Assembly (NCBI GenBank): GCA_030390025.1
Contig: JASTWF010000328.1
Span: 186,001-250,000, forward strand
DNA length: 64,000 bases
From: Squalus acanthias
Lineage: Eukaryota
Direction of reading: 5' to 3'
Of this stretch, positions 1 through 10,543 are shown piece after piece. Below the pieces are notes generated by a model. That model saw only the letters and a program-made list of their open reading frames with translations, was not told the DNA's origin and searched no databases. How positions within the stretch are numbered: position 1 is the first letter of the stretch; the number at the start of each line of letters is the position of its first letter. The translations under genes were made by a program, and so were the position numbers.

Positions 1-249
1 ATCTCGAGTTAGAAAGGAGAAAAGGCCCAAAAATGGAGCAGTCGGTAACAGGACATCAATTCGTCTCCTCTTAACTTGGAGACATCAAATATCGACACAC
101 TGTTATTTCAAATATCAAAATATTAAACTCCAGCCCAGTTATAGGGGTTATTAACATCAGCAGGAAGAAACTCCACCTGTCAGAATGAAGACGATTCAGT
201 CTGGGATGTAATTAACAGCAGCAATAACAGCAGAATCCAACCCCTGCAG

Positions 250-1287
250 TCACTTGTGAACTCGTTGAAGTCTCAGCAGGTTGGATGACTGAGTGAATCC
301 CTTCCCACACTCAGGAGCAGGTGAACGGTCTCTTCCCAGTGTGAACTCGCTGGTGTCTCAGCAGGGTGGATGATCGAGTGAATCCCTTCCCACACTCAGA
401 CCAGGTGAACGGCCTCTCCCCGGTGTGAACTCGCTGGTGTGTCAGCAGGTGGGATGACTCAGTAAATCCCTTCCCACACACAGAGCAGGTGAACGATCTC
501 TCCCCAGTGTGAACTCGCTGGTGTATCAGCAGGCTGGATGATGAAGGGAATCCCTTCCCACACAAGGAGCAGGTGAACGGTCTCTCCCCGGTGTGAACTC
601 GCTGGTGTTTCAGCAGCCTGGACGATGAAGGGAATTCCTTCCCACACAGGGAGCAGGTGAACTCCCTCTCCCCAGTGTGAACTCGCTGGTGTATCAGCAA
701 GTCAGATGATCGAGTGAATCCCTTCCCACACTGAGAGCAGGTGAATGGCCTCTCCCCAGTGTGAACTTGCTGGTGTATCAGCAGGTCGGATGACTGAGTG
801 AATCCCTTCCCACACATGGAGCAGGTGAACGGCCTCTCCCCAGTGTGAGTGGGATGATGAATTTCCAGCTCAGATGAGTAATTGAATCCCTTCCCACAGT
901 CCCCACATTTCCCCGGATTCTCCGTGGTGCGGGTGTCATTGTATCTTTCCAGGTTGGACGATCAGTTGAAGCCTTGTCCAGACACAGAACACGTGTACGG
1001 TTTCTCCCTGCTGTGAATGGTGCGATGTTTTTTCAGGCTGTGTAACTGGTTAAAGCTCTTTCCACAGTCAGTGCACTGGAACACTCTCACACGGGTGTGT
1101 GTGTCTCGGTGCTTTTCCAGTCATACTGTTCTTTGAAATCTTTTCCCACAGACAGAACAGACAAACATTTCTCCTTCCACATTCAAAGGCCGATGATATT
1201 CAGGTCCTGAGTAAACGAGTGACTGTCAGATTTTGACATGATGTTTGGTTTGAGTTTCCCATCTGCAAATCCTCCCGTTCTAATACC
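250..1287 (-). pseudogene. C2H2 (Kruppel-type) zinc-finger gene, main exon, apparently degenerating; open segment 311-925
   Basis: Repeated CxxC..H..H fingers with TGERPF linkers. Acceptor ttttacag at 1289-1288. In-frame TGAs at 1123-1121 and 964-962 in upstream fingers, ACG at 925-923 before [13 protein letters not shown], one C->W finger, and a 1-bp shift in the last finger (stop at 313-311, natural-looking end VHK* at 252-250). Confidence 0.8.
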
Positions 1288-1489
1288 CTGTAAAAGGAGT
1301 TTACAAAATTCATCACTGTAAGTACAGGACAGAAATTCAGAACAGACAATTTTAGTTTCTATCGAACATTCTTTCCTCTCTTCTTCCTCCAAAGCTGTAA
1401 ATCCCCGTCCCACATATTGTCCCTCCTCCCTGTGCTAAAATCCAAAGACGTCTCAAGATAGTTTGTCCTCCGCTCCCAGTTTTCAGTAT

Positions 1490-1978
1490 GATCAGTTCTA
1501 CACTCACTGGTTCTCCTCCCCCGAAGGTGCTGACTCTGGCTGGGTTCAGTTCACTCACTGGTTCCCCTCCCTCTCCTCCCCTGAAGGTGCTGACTCTGGC
1601 TGGGTTCAGTTCACTCACTGGTTCCCCTCCCTCTCCTCCCCTGAAGGTGCTGACTCTGGCTGGGTGCAGTTCACTCACTGGTTCCCCTCCCTCTCCTCCC
1701 CTGAAGGTGCTGACTCTGGCTGGGTTCAGTTCTACACTCACTGTTCCCCTCCCTCTCCTCCCCTGATGGTGCTGACACTGGCTGGGTTCAGTTCTACACT
1801 CACTGGTTCCCCTCCCTCTCCTCCCCTGAAGGTGCTGACACTGGCTGGGTTCAGTTCTACACTCACTGGTTCCTCTCCCTCTCCTCCCCTGAAGGTGCTG
1901 ATTCTGGCTGGGTTCAGTTCTACACTCACTGGTTCCCCTCCCTCTGCTCCCCTGAAGGTGCTGACTCTGGCTGGGTCA
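1490..1978. repeat. ~60-62 bp minisatellite (~8 units) in the ZNF intron
   Basis: Unit ccctccctctcctcccctgaaggtgctgactctggctgggttcagtt(cta)cactcactggttc, visibly repeated. Confidence 0.95.
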
Positions 1979-2027
1979 CTACCACACTTAAGGGGACCCT
2001 GAGGCCCTGCCCACGTTTTGGTCCTGT

Positions 2028-2410
2028 ACAAAGATGGCCGTGCGAATCAAGATGCCGGCGAACAAAGACAATGCTTTCCTTTACAAAGATGGCCGCCCTT
2101 AGCCTGGGCCTGTTACCGGGAAAAAGCCCCGGAGCTGCAAACGCGGAACCTGTAGGTTCTCATTCGGGGCTTGCGACCTGCACCAGGTGTTTATGAAGCT
2201 CACCCGCCGGGTGCGTTACCTCTCTGCGCCCCGGTGATTCGTAATCGGCGTAAAAACCGCGTCTCCCAACTCGGCCCGCTCCCAGCACTCGCCTGGCTCT
2301 GATCACAGTGACACTGCGCATGCTCGAAATACAGGCGGGCACTGCGCCTGCGCATTGGGCTCCTCCAGTGTGAATGGGGCACATTCTCCCCCGCGGGGCA
2401 TGCTGGGGAA
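2028..2410 (-). promoter_or_regulatory. CpG-rich promoter/first exon of the ZNF gene
   Basis: CpG-dense. NRF1-like tgcgcatgctc and tgcgcctgcgca at 2314-2354, YY1-like aagatggccg at ~2031 and ~2086, candidate donor GGgtgagc on - near 2203. Confidence 0.6.
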
Positions 2411-2527
2411 CAGTGAAAGCCCCAATTAGTGAATGGAGAATGAGTTTCTGTGATCCCATTGAGAGAAAATTCATCAATAATTCACACAGAAACCCAAGTG
2501 CACGGGCACTCTGCCATGGTTCCGTCC

Positions 2528-3020
2528 TAATAACAGAATCCAAACCCCTGCAGTCACCTGAGAACTCACTGGAGTCTCAGCAGGTGGGGTGAATTTCTTC
2601 CCACACACAGGATATTGAATCAGCCTCTCTCCAGTATCAATGCGCTGATCGTGCTTCAGTTGCTTTGAACTTTGAAAGCTTTTTCACTGTCAGAGTATTT
2701 AAAGCATCTGTTCTCAATGTGGACACTCTGGAGTGTCAACAGGTGGGACAACGGAGTCAATCCCTTCTCACACGTGAAGTATCTAAACGGTCTCTCTCCC
2801 ATGTGACTGTGCTGGTGTGTCAGTATATGGGATGGTCGATAGAATCCCTTTCCACATACAGAGCAGTGAACGGATTCTCCCCATTACGAACATGTCCGTG
2901 TGCTAATAGGTGAGATGAGTGAGTGAATCTCTTTCCATACTCAGCTGGTGAATGGCCTCTCCCCGGTGTGACTGTATCCATGAGTTTCCACCTCAGACGG
3001 GCAACTGAATCCATTCCTAC
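2528..3020 (-). pseudogene. Highly decayed C2H2-ZNF remnant
   Basis: 2530-2590 resembles the 3' end of the first ZNF (225-285). Residual GKRFTHSSHL..H..GENPF finger-like translations on -. Confidence 0.65.
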
Positions 3021-3671
3021 TGTCTAAAAACATTAATTACACCATCTGGGATTTTGTTTCTCCCCTTCTCTCCAGAAGGTGCTGAATCTGGCTGGGTGCA
3101 ATTCCACAGGCATTAGTTAATCTCGAGTGCCTCACCGTCAGCCGACTCAGTGAGTGTCAGCAGCATTTCCACTGTGGTCGGCATCACAGCCGAGTCCAAT
3201 CCTGCCCTCAATTAACATCCATACACTTCCCAGTTCAGGTCACTGGATCGCCATCAAGAGCAGGGGCAGTGGCTGATTTTTACACTTAGCCCAGTGGTAC
3301 TGAGACCAATTATGGCCCCTGAACTGCTGCCTTGGTTGAGATCAACTAACAGCCCAGATCAAGGATTGAATTTGTGACCTTCCCAGTCAGTAGTGCAGAG
3401 TGTTTTAAAGCGGGGGGGGGGTTAGAAAAGAATATTTAGAAAGAAATATCACTCCACCTTTAAATGAAACCTTCGTCACACTGCATAATTAACCAAGCAA
3501 GTCGAATGGATCATCAAAAACAGAGACATTTTAGAAAGGATCAAGTCACTGAAACAGACAGGTTTACAATCACTGCACAGTACAGAAGGGAGCGACTGTT
3601 AATGGGAGCTCTGTTAGTGAAGTCCTCCGACACTCCAAAGATAAACGGGTCTGTCCCTTTAACTATAAATA

Positions 3672-4670
3672 TGAGAAGTCGCACAACACCAGGTTATAGT
3701 CCAACAGATTTATTTAATTTTACAAGCTTTCGGAGCTGTCGCTCCTTCGTCAGGTAAGTTAGCAATGAGAGAATCTCCCAGAATTCACAATTTAAACCCA
3801 GACAAAATCTATTCATATTATTCGCTACAACAAAGAGCACAGCCAAGACAATGAGATGTGTCCCAGGGGGTCCAACGTGTCAAACCACCTGCTGGCTGCA
3901 TATCCTGTCAATTTGTGTTCTTGTGTTAGCCTTTTAAAAAAAAAAAACCAAAAAAAAAAAAACCAAAAAAAACACCTGGGAAGACCGGCCAACGTTGTCT
4001 ACCTGATACGTTGCAGTAAAGGATGCTCCAGAGCATGGTACATCGGCGAGACCATGCAGACACTGAGACAACGTATGAACGGACACCGCGCAACAATCGC
4101 CAGGCAGGAGGGTTGCCTCCCAGTCGGGGAACACTTCAGCAGCCAGGGGCATTCAGCCTCGGATCTGCGGGTAAGCGTTCTCCAAGGCGGCCTTCGAGAT
4201 ACACGACAGCGCAAAATCATAGAGCAGAAACTGATAGCCAAGTTCCGCACTCATGAGGATGGCCTCAATCGCGATATCGGGTTCATGTCACGATACAGAA
4301 CGTGACTTGACATCATGGCCGGTCTTCCCAGGTGTTTTTTTTTTTTTTTTTTTTTGTTTTTTTTTTAAAAGGCAAACACAAGAACACAAATTGACAGGAT
4401 ATGCAGCCAGCAGGTGGTTTGACACGTTGGACCCCCTGGGACACATCTCATTGTCTTGGCTGTGCTCTTTGTTGTAGCGAATAATGTGAATAGATTTTGT
4501 CTGGGTTTAAATTGTGAATTCTGGGAGATTCTCTCATTGCTAACTTACCTGACGAAGGAGCGACAGCTCCGAAAGCTTGTAAAATTAAATAAATCTGTTG
4601 GACTATAACCTGGTGTTGTGCGACTTCTCATTTTTGTCCACCCCAGTCCAACGCCGGCATCTCCACATCA
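3672..4670 (+). mobile_element. Penelope-like element copy 1, 5'-truncated, with inverted pseudo-LTR
   Basis: GIY-YIG endonuclease C-terminus (NVVYLIRC..WYIGET) at 3986-4305. Left arm 3672-3991 is the reverse complement of ~4315-4631. 12-bp TSD taactataaata at 3660-3671 and 4671-4682. Confidence 0.92.
4549..4580 (+). ncRNA. Minimal hammerhead-ribozyme-like motif in Penelope pLTR
   Basis: CTGACGA-A-GGAGC-gaca-GCTCC-GAAA-GCTT: hammerhead core boxes flanking stem II. PLE pLTRs are known to carry minimal HHRs. Antisense copies lie in the inverted arms. Confidence 0.7.
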
Positions 4671-5397
4671 TAACTATAAATAGACAGAGAAAGGGGAGTC
4701 CCTGTCCCTTTAAATATCTGGCCCATTCCCCCAGCAGTGGGAGGAGGAACAGCGCGCGGTCTCTTTATCTCCTGATGTGGAGATGCCAGCGTTGGACTGG
4801 GGTGGACAAAAATGAGAAGTCGCACAACACCAGGTTATAGTCCAACAGATTTATTTAATTTTACAAGCTTTCGAAGCAGTTCGCTCCTTCATCAGGTAAG
4901 TTAGCAATGAGAGAATCTCCCAGAATTCACAATTTAAACCCAGACAAAATCTATTCACATTATTCCCTGCAACAAAGAGCACAGCCAAGACAATGAGATG
5001 TGTCCCAGGGGGTCCAACGTGTCAAACCACCTGCTGGCTGCATATCCTGTCAATTTGTGTTCTTGTGTTAGCCTTTTTAAAAAAAAAAACACCTGGGAAG
5101 ACCGGCCATGATGTCAAGTCACGTTCTGTATCGTGACATGAACCCGATATCGCGATTGAGGCCATCCTCATGAGTGCGGAACTTGGCTATCAGTTTCTGC
5201 TCTATGATTTTGCGCTGTCGTGTATCTCGAAGGCCGCCTTGGAGAACGCTTACCCGCAGATCCGAGGCTGAATGCCCCTGGCTGCTGAAGTGTTCCCCGA
5301 CTGGGAGGCAACCCTCCTGCCTGGCGATTGTTGCGCGGTGTCCGTTCATACGTTGTCTCAGTGTCTGCATGGTCTCGCCGATGTACCATGCTCTGGA

Positions 5398-6256
5398 CCC
5401 TAACCACGTTAAAGAAGCCATCCCCTATGGACAAGCCCTGCGAATACACAGGATCTGCTCAGACGAGGAGGAACGCGATGGACACCTACGGACACTGAAA
5501 GACGCTCTCGTAAGAACGGGATATGACGCTCGACTCGTCGATCGACAGTTCCGACGGGCCACAGCGAAAAACCGCATAGACCTCCTCAGAAGACGAACAT
5601 GGGACACAACCAACAGAGTACCCTACGTCGTCCAGTACTTCCCCGGAGCGGAAAAACTATGCCATGTTCTTCGCAGCCTTCAACATGTCATCGATGACGA
5701 AGAACACCTTGCTAAGGCCATCCCCACGCCTCCACTACTCGCCTTCAAGCAGCCGCCTAACCTCAAAAGTACCATCGTTCGCAGCAGATTACCCATCTTT
5801 CAGGAGAACAGCAACCAAGACACCACACAACCCTGCCATGGCAACCTCTGCAAGACATGCCAAATCATGGACACAGATACCATCATTACACGTGAGGACA
5901 CTACCCACCAGGTACACGGTACATACTCATGTGACTCGGCCAACGTTGTCTACCTGATACGTTGCAGTAAAGGATGCTCCAGAGCATGGTACATCGGCGA
6001 GACCATGCAGACACTGAGACAACGTATGAACGGACACCGCGCAACAATCGCCAGGCAGGAGGGTTGCCTCCCAGTCGGGGAACACTTCAGCAGCCAGGAG
6101 CATTCAGCCTCGGATCTGCGGGTAAGCGTTCTCCAAGGCGGCCTTCGAGATACACGACAGCGCAAAATCATAGAGCAGAAACTGATAGCCAAGTTCCGCA
6201 CTCATGAGGATGGCCTCAATCGCGATATCGGGTTCATGTCACGATACAGAACGTGA
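5398..6256 (+). CDS. Penelope-like ORF C-terminal fragment (RT thumb + Zn-linker + GIY-YIG endonuclease), Neptune-like
   Basis: PNHVKEAIPYGQALRIHRICSD...CHGNLCKTC...NVVYLIRC...YIGET...E..LIAKF...GLN. The ORF-track N-terminus (5174-5397) is only the antisense inverted arm. Confidence 0.85.
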
Positions 6257-6480
6257 CTTGACATCATGGCCGGTCTTCCCAGGTGTTTTTTTTTTTTAAA
6301 AAGGCTAACACAAGAACACAAATTGACAGGATATGCAGCCAGCAGGTGGTTTGACACGTTGGACCCCCTGGGACACATCTCATTGTCTTGGCTGTGCTCT
6401 TTGTTGCAGGGAATAATGTGAATAGATTTTGTCTGGGTTTAAATTGTGAATTCTGGGAGATTCTCTCATTGCTAACTTAC

Positions 6481-6513
6481 CTGACGAAGGAGCGAACTGC
6501 TTCGAAAGCTTGT
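6481..6513 (+). ncRNA. Minimal hammerhead-ribozyme-like motif
   Basis: CTGACGA-A-GGAGC-gaact-GCTTC-GAAA-GCTT. Confidence 0.65.
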
Positions 6514-6618
6514 AAAATTAAATAAATCTGTTGGACTATAACCTGGTGTTGCTCTTTTTGGTTGGACAAACACAAATTTACTGTAAATCAATTAAAACTT
6601 TAAATGAAACTTAACAAA

Positions 6619-9600
6619 TCAAATCAAAATTTGGAAGTCCGGGGTGACGATGCACTCCAGTCCCCGCGGCGCCCACCGGTCGCGGAAAAACTCAAGCGTG
6701 CCGGCGGACACCGCGTGCTCCATCTCCAGGGCCACCCGGGCGCGAACATGGCCGCGGAAGAGAGGCAGGCAATCGGGCCGAATGACCCCCTCGACCGCCC
6801 GCTGCCTGGACCAATTAATGGCTTTCTTGGCCAGGCCCAGGAGCAGTCCTACGAGGAGGTCCTCCGACCTACCCGCTCCCCTCCGCACCGGGTGACCGTA
6901 GATCAGGAGCGTGGGGCTGAAGTGCAACCAGAAATTGAGGAGCAGCCCCTTCAAATAATGAAAGAGGGGCTGCAACCTCTCACACTCAATATAAATGTGA
7001 TAGACGGACTCCTCCAGGCCGCAGAAATGGCAAGCAGCCTGGGAGTCCGTAAACCTACTTAAAATTTTATTGCACGGGACTGCTCCGTGCAACACCCTCC
7101 AGGCCAAGTCCCCAATAGAACAAGGGAAGACTCCCACGTAGAGAGCCTTCCAATGGGGACCTTCGCCTCCGCCGGACGGCAGGATGGTACGCCAAGGCGT
7201 GTCCGGACGGCAGACGAAGATGGCAAAGTGGAGAGTGTGCAGGAGCAGCCCGTACAGGAAACGCCTCCGTGCGGATTGAAAGGGCACGGAGGGCATTTCT
7301 CCGAGAAGGCTCAAGTGGTGAGGCGGCGGCTCCCGAGGGAGGATTCGGGGCCGGGCGCCGATAAGGAATTCCGTCCGAACGGGGGTCAGTTCGGACGGGA
7401 TCGCCCCACGTGCTTGAGCCTCCTCGACACACCTAGTGGAGACGGGGCCCAGTGCCACTTTTAGCGACTCGATGGCTTTGACCGCGAGCCGGACGTTGAC
7501 CCAGGACATGCGCCTCGCCAACTCCTCCGGCGCCATCCAGCCCGCTCCTCCACCATCGAGCAGGTCCCCGACTCTGGTCACCTTACCGGGCACAGCCCTG
7601 CCCTCCGCCAGCCAGCCGAACCCGCGGTCGTGGAGGTGCGGATTCCTGAACAGCGGCTCCCGAAGGATGGCCGCCGCTCCTGACGGGGGAGAACTGCGCT
7701 CGGAGGCGACGCTGTTCCAAACCCATAGCAGTTCCTGGTAGAAGACAGGCAGCTCCCGCAGGCTGGCACGCGTGCCACCCACTCTCACAAACAGGAGCTG
7801 CGTGTCGTAATTGAGGCCGTGCAGCTGGCGGAAGAAATACGTCGCCAGCGCACGCCACCTAGGAGGATTCTCCACGTACAGGTATCTCTGCAGTGTCTGA
7901 AGATGGAAAGTCGCCGCCTGGGTGCGAAGGCACACCAGCGCCTGACCGCCCTCCCTAAGCGGGAGACTCAAAACCGCGGCAGAGACCCAGTGCTTCCTTT
8001 TGTCCCAGAAGAAGTCGACGAGCTTCTTCTGCATCTTGGCGACAAACGCAGGGGGAGGGATCAAAGTGACCAACTGGTACCACAACATGGCGGCCACCAG
8101 CTGGTTTATGACCAGCGCTCGACCCCTGTAGGACAACACTCGGAGCAGTCCTGTCCAGCGCCCTAGGCGAGCGGTGACTTTGGCCTCCAGCTCTTGCCAG
8201 TTCGCCGGCCAGGCGTCCTCGGCCGGGCTGAGGTAGACTCCCAGGTAGAGGAGGTGCGTGGTGCTCCAGGCGAAAGGCCCGAACTCCTCCGGCAGGGAGT
8301 CCACCCGCCATGGGCCCACCAGGAGTCCAGAACATTTCTCCCAGTTGATCTTGGCGGAGGATGCGTCTGAGTAAATCTGCTGGCATTCTCGCATCCTCCG
8401 CAAGTCGATGGGATCCGTGACCGCGAGGAGCACGTCATCGGCGTAAGCCGAGAGGACCACCTCCACGCCCGGCCCTTGCAGAGCCAGTCCCGTCAACCTC
8501 TTCCGCAAGAGGCGCAGGAAAGGCTCCACGCAAACGGCGTATAACTGACCGGACATGGGGCATCCCTGACGCACCCCCCTCCCGAAGCGAAGGGGCGCCG
8601 TCAAAGATCCGTTAACTTTAATGAGACACTCCACGGCGGCGTACAGAAGTCGGATCCGGGCGACGAAATGCGTCCCGAACCCGAATGCGCGCAGAGTCCC
8701 GAAAAGATACTCGTGATCCACCCTGTCGAACGCCTTCTCCTGATCCAGGGAAAGGAAGGCGACCGACAGACCAGCCCTCTGGGAATGGTGGACCAGGTCC
8801 CGGACCAGATGGATGTTATCGTGGATACTCCGGCCCGGGACCGTGTAGGACTGGTCGGGGTGGATCATGCAGGCCAGCACGGTGCCAAGGCGAGCAGACA
8901 TAGCCCTGGCGAAAATTTTGTAGTCCGTGCTGAGGAGGGAGACCGGGCGCCAGTTCTTAAGTAGGCGGAGATCGCCCTTCTTGGGCAGCAGGACGATGAC
9001 CGCCCTGCGCCAAGAGAGGGGCATCTCCCCGGTCGCCAGACTTTCCCCCAGGACCCGCGCGCAGTCGTCCCCCAAGACGTCCCAGAACGCCATGTGGAAC
9101 TCCACGGTCAGCCCGTCCAGCCCCGGGGACTTGCCCCTCGAGAGCTGGCGCAGGGCGCCGGTCAGCTCCGCCAGGCTTAGCGGAGCTTCTAAATTCTCGG
9201 CGCCCTCCGGGCCGACCTTCGGCAGCTCCTCCCACAAAACTCTGCGCGCATCCTCGCTGGACGGATCCGAAGAGAACAGAGCCCCGTAATAGGCCCGGGC
9301 CTCCGCGCTGATGCCCTCCGGATCCGAGACCAGAGATCCGTCGTCGGCCAGCAGCCCCAAGAGCTGCTTACGGACCCCCCGTCTTTTTTCCAGCGAGTAG
9401 AAGAAGGGGGAACCGCGGTCCAGGTCCCGCAGGAACTGGATCCGCGACCTCACGTACGCGCCTCGGGACCCGACCAGCTGCAGGTCCTTCAGCGCGCCCT
9501 TCTTCTCTTCGTACACCTTCCGCAGGGCCGGGTCCTCGACGACCTGACCGAGACGGGACTCCAGGTCGAGCACTTCTTTCTCCAATTGCCCGACCCGGGC

Positions 9601-10518
9601 CTCCCGCCTCTTGGTCGACCCCTTCGCGTACTCCTGACAGAAGACGCGGACGTGAGCCTTGCCCACGTCCCACCATAGCCTCAAGGAGGGGAAGCCTCCC
9701 CGCTTCCTTCTCCAGTCGGCCCAGAACCGGCGAAACGAATCCCGGAACCGCGCGTCCTCCAGCAGCAGGTTGTTAAAATGCCAGTACGCGGACCCCCCCC
9801 GCGCGCGCAGCAGAGCGAGCTCTGCCCACACCAGGTGGTGGTCCGTGCACGGCACCGGCCGCATGGAAGCCGCCGGAACGCAGGAGACGTACGCCCGGGA
9901 AATGTAAAGACGGTCGATTCTGGACCTTCCTCCTCCAGACCTCACGCTCGTGAAGGCGCTGGAGTCGGGATGGAGATTTCGCCAGACGTCCACAAAGTCG
10001 AAGGACCCGACCAGGTCCCGCAACTTCTCCATCGCCGCCGGGCTTCGCGGGGGACCCGACCGGTCCCGCGCCTCGAGGGTACAATTGAAATCCCCCCCGA
10101 GGATGACGCACTCGCCCACGTCGATGGAGCCCAGAAGAGCGGACACTTCTCCGAAGAAGCGCACTTGCTGCGCACCGGTCCGGGGGGCGTACACGTTCAC
10201 TAAATGGAGCGGCACGCCTCCCAGGCGAACAGTGACCTGGAGCAAGCGGCCCGGCACGTGCTCCTTGACCCTCAAGATCTCCGGCTGAAAATGCGGGGCC
10301 AGCAAGACAGCCACCCCGCAGGAATTGTTAGAGAGGTGACTCATGCTGACCCCTCCTTGCCACTCCAGGAGCCACGTGGCCTCGTCTCCCGGAGCGGTGT
10401 GGGTTTCTTGCAGGAAGCGCACCGCATATTTCCCGTCCCGAAGGACCGAGAAGTTATTGAATCTACGGCGCGCCTCCCTGCTGCCGTTGATGTTGAGGCT
10501 GGCTATGGTTATCTTCAT
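6619..10518 (-). CDS. Tx1 ORF2 (AP endonuclease, reverse transcriptase, C-terminal zinc finger), intact
   Basis: SLNINGS, LQETH, GGDFN, RIDR, TDH (APE); LDQEKAFDRV, QGCPMS, YADD (RT); CHFC..H...C. First ATG at 10518. Confidence 0.95.
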   Translation of the reverse strand: MKITIASLNINGSREARRRFNNFSVLRDGKYAVRFLQETHTAPGDEATWLLEWQGGVSMSHLSNNSCGVAVLLAPHFQPEILRVKEHVPGRLLQVTVRLGGVPLHLVNVYAPRTGAQQVRFFGEVSALLGSIDVGECVILGGDFNCTLEARDRSGPPRSPAAMEKLRDLVGSFDFVDVWRNLHPDSSAFTSVRSGGGRSRIDRLYISRAYVSCVPAASMRPVPCTDHHLVWAELALLRARGGSAYWHFNNLLLEDARFRDSFRRFWADWRRKRGGFPSLRLWWDVGKAHVRVFCQEYAKGSTKRREARVGQLEKEVLDLESRLGQVVEDPALRKVYEEKKGALKDLQLVGSRGAYVRSRIQFLRDLDRGSPFFYSLEKRRGVRKQLLGLLADDGSLVSDPEGISAEARAYYGALFSSDPSSEDARRVLWEELPKVGPEGAENLEAPLSLAELTGALRQLSRGKSPGLDGLTVEFHMAFWDVLGDDCARVLGESLATGEMPLSWRRAVIVLLPKKGDLRLLKNWRPVSLLSTDYKIFARAMSARLGTVLACMIHPDQSYTVPGRSIHDNIHLVRDLVHHSQRAGLSVAFLSLDQEKAFDRVDHEYLFGTLRAFGFGTHFVARIRLLYAAVECLIKVNGSLTAPLRFGRGVRQGCPMSGQLYAVCVEPFLRLLRKRLTGLALQGPGVEVVLSAYADDVLLAVTDPIDLRRMRECQQIYSDASSAKINWEKCSGLLVGPWRVDSLPEEFGPFAWSTTHLLYLGVYLSPAEDAWPANWQELEAKVTARLGRWTGLLRVLSYRGRALVINQLVAAMLWYQLVTLIPPPAFVAKMQKKLVDFFWDKRKHWVSAAVLSLPLREGGQALVCLRTQAATFHLQTLQRYLYVENPPRWRALATYFFRQLHGLNYDTQLLFVRVGGTRASLRELPVFYQELLWVWNSVASERSSPPSGAAAILREPLFRNPHLHDRGFGWLAEGRAVPGKVTRVGDLLDGGGAGWMAPEELARRMSWVNVRLAVKAIESLKVALGPVSTRCVEEAQARGAIPSELTPVRTEFLIGARPRILPREPPPHHLSLLGEMPSVPFQSARRRFLYGLLLHTLHFAIFVCRPDTPWRTILPSGGGEGPHWKALYVGVFPCSIGDLAWRVLHGAVPCNKILSRFTDSQAACHFCGLEESVYHIYIECERLQPLFHYLKGLLLNFWLHFSPTLLIYGHPVRRGAGRSEDLLVGLLLGLAKKAINWSRQRAVEGVIRPDCLPLFRGHVRARVALEMEHAVSAGTLEFFRDRWAPRGLECIVTPDFQILI

Positions 10519-10543
10519 CTCAGAAGCATAGTGCAACCTCTAC

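Larger units (their letters stand above)
4773..6551 (+). mobile_element. Penelope-like element copy 2 with inverted arm; terminal repeat interrupted by Tx1 (last 12 bp resume at 20921-20932)
   Basis: Inverted arm 4773-5397. Forward part 5398-6551 encodes the RT thumb, a Cys-rich linker (CHGNLCKTC) and GIY-YIG. Confidence 0.92.

Noticed and set aside
5174..5397. N-terminus of the 360-aa ORF
   Set aside because: Antisense reading of the inverted Penelope arm, not real coding sequence.
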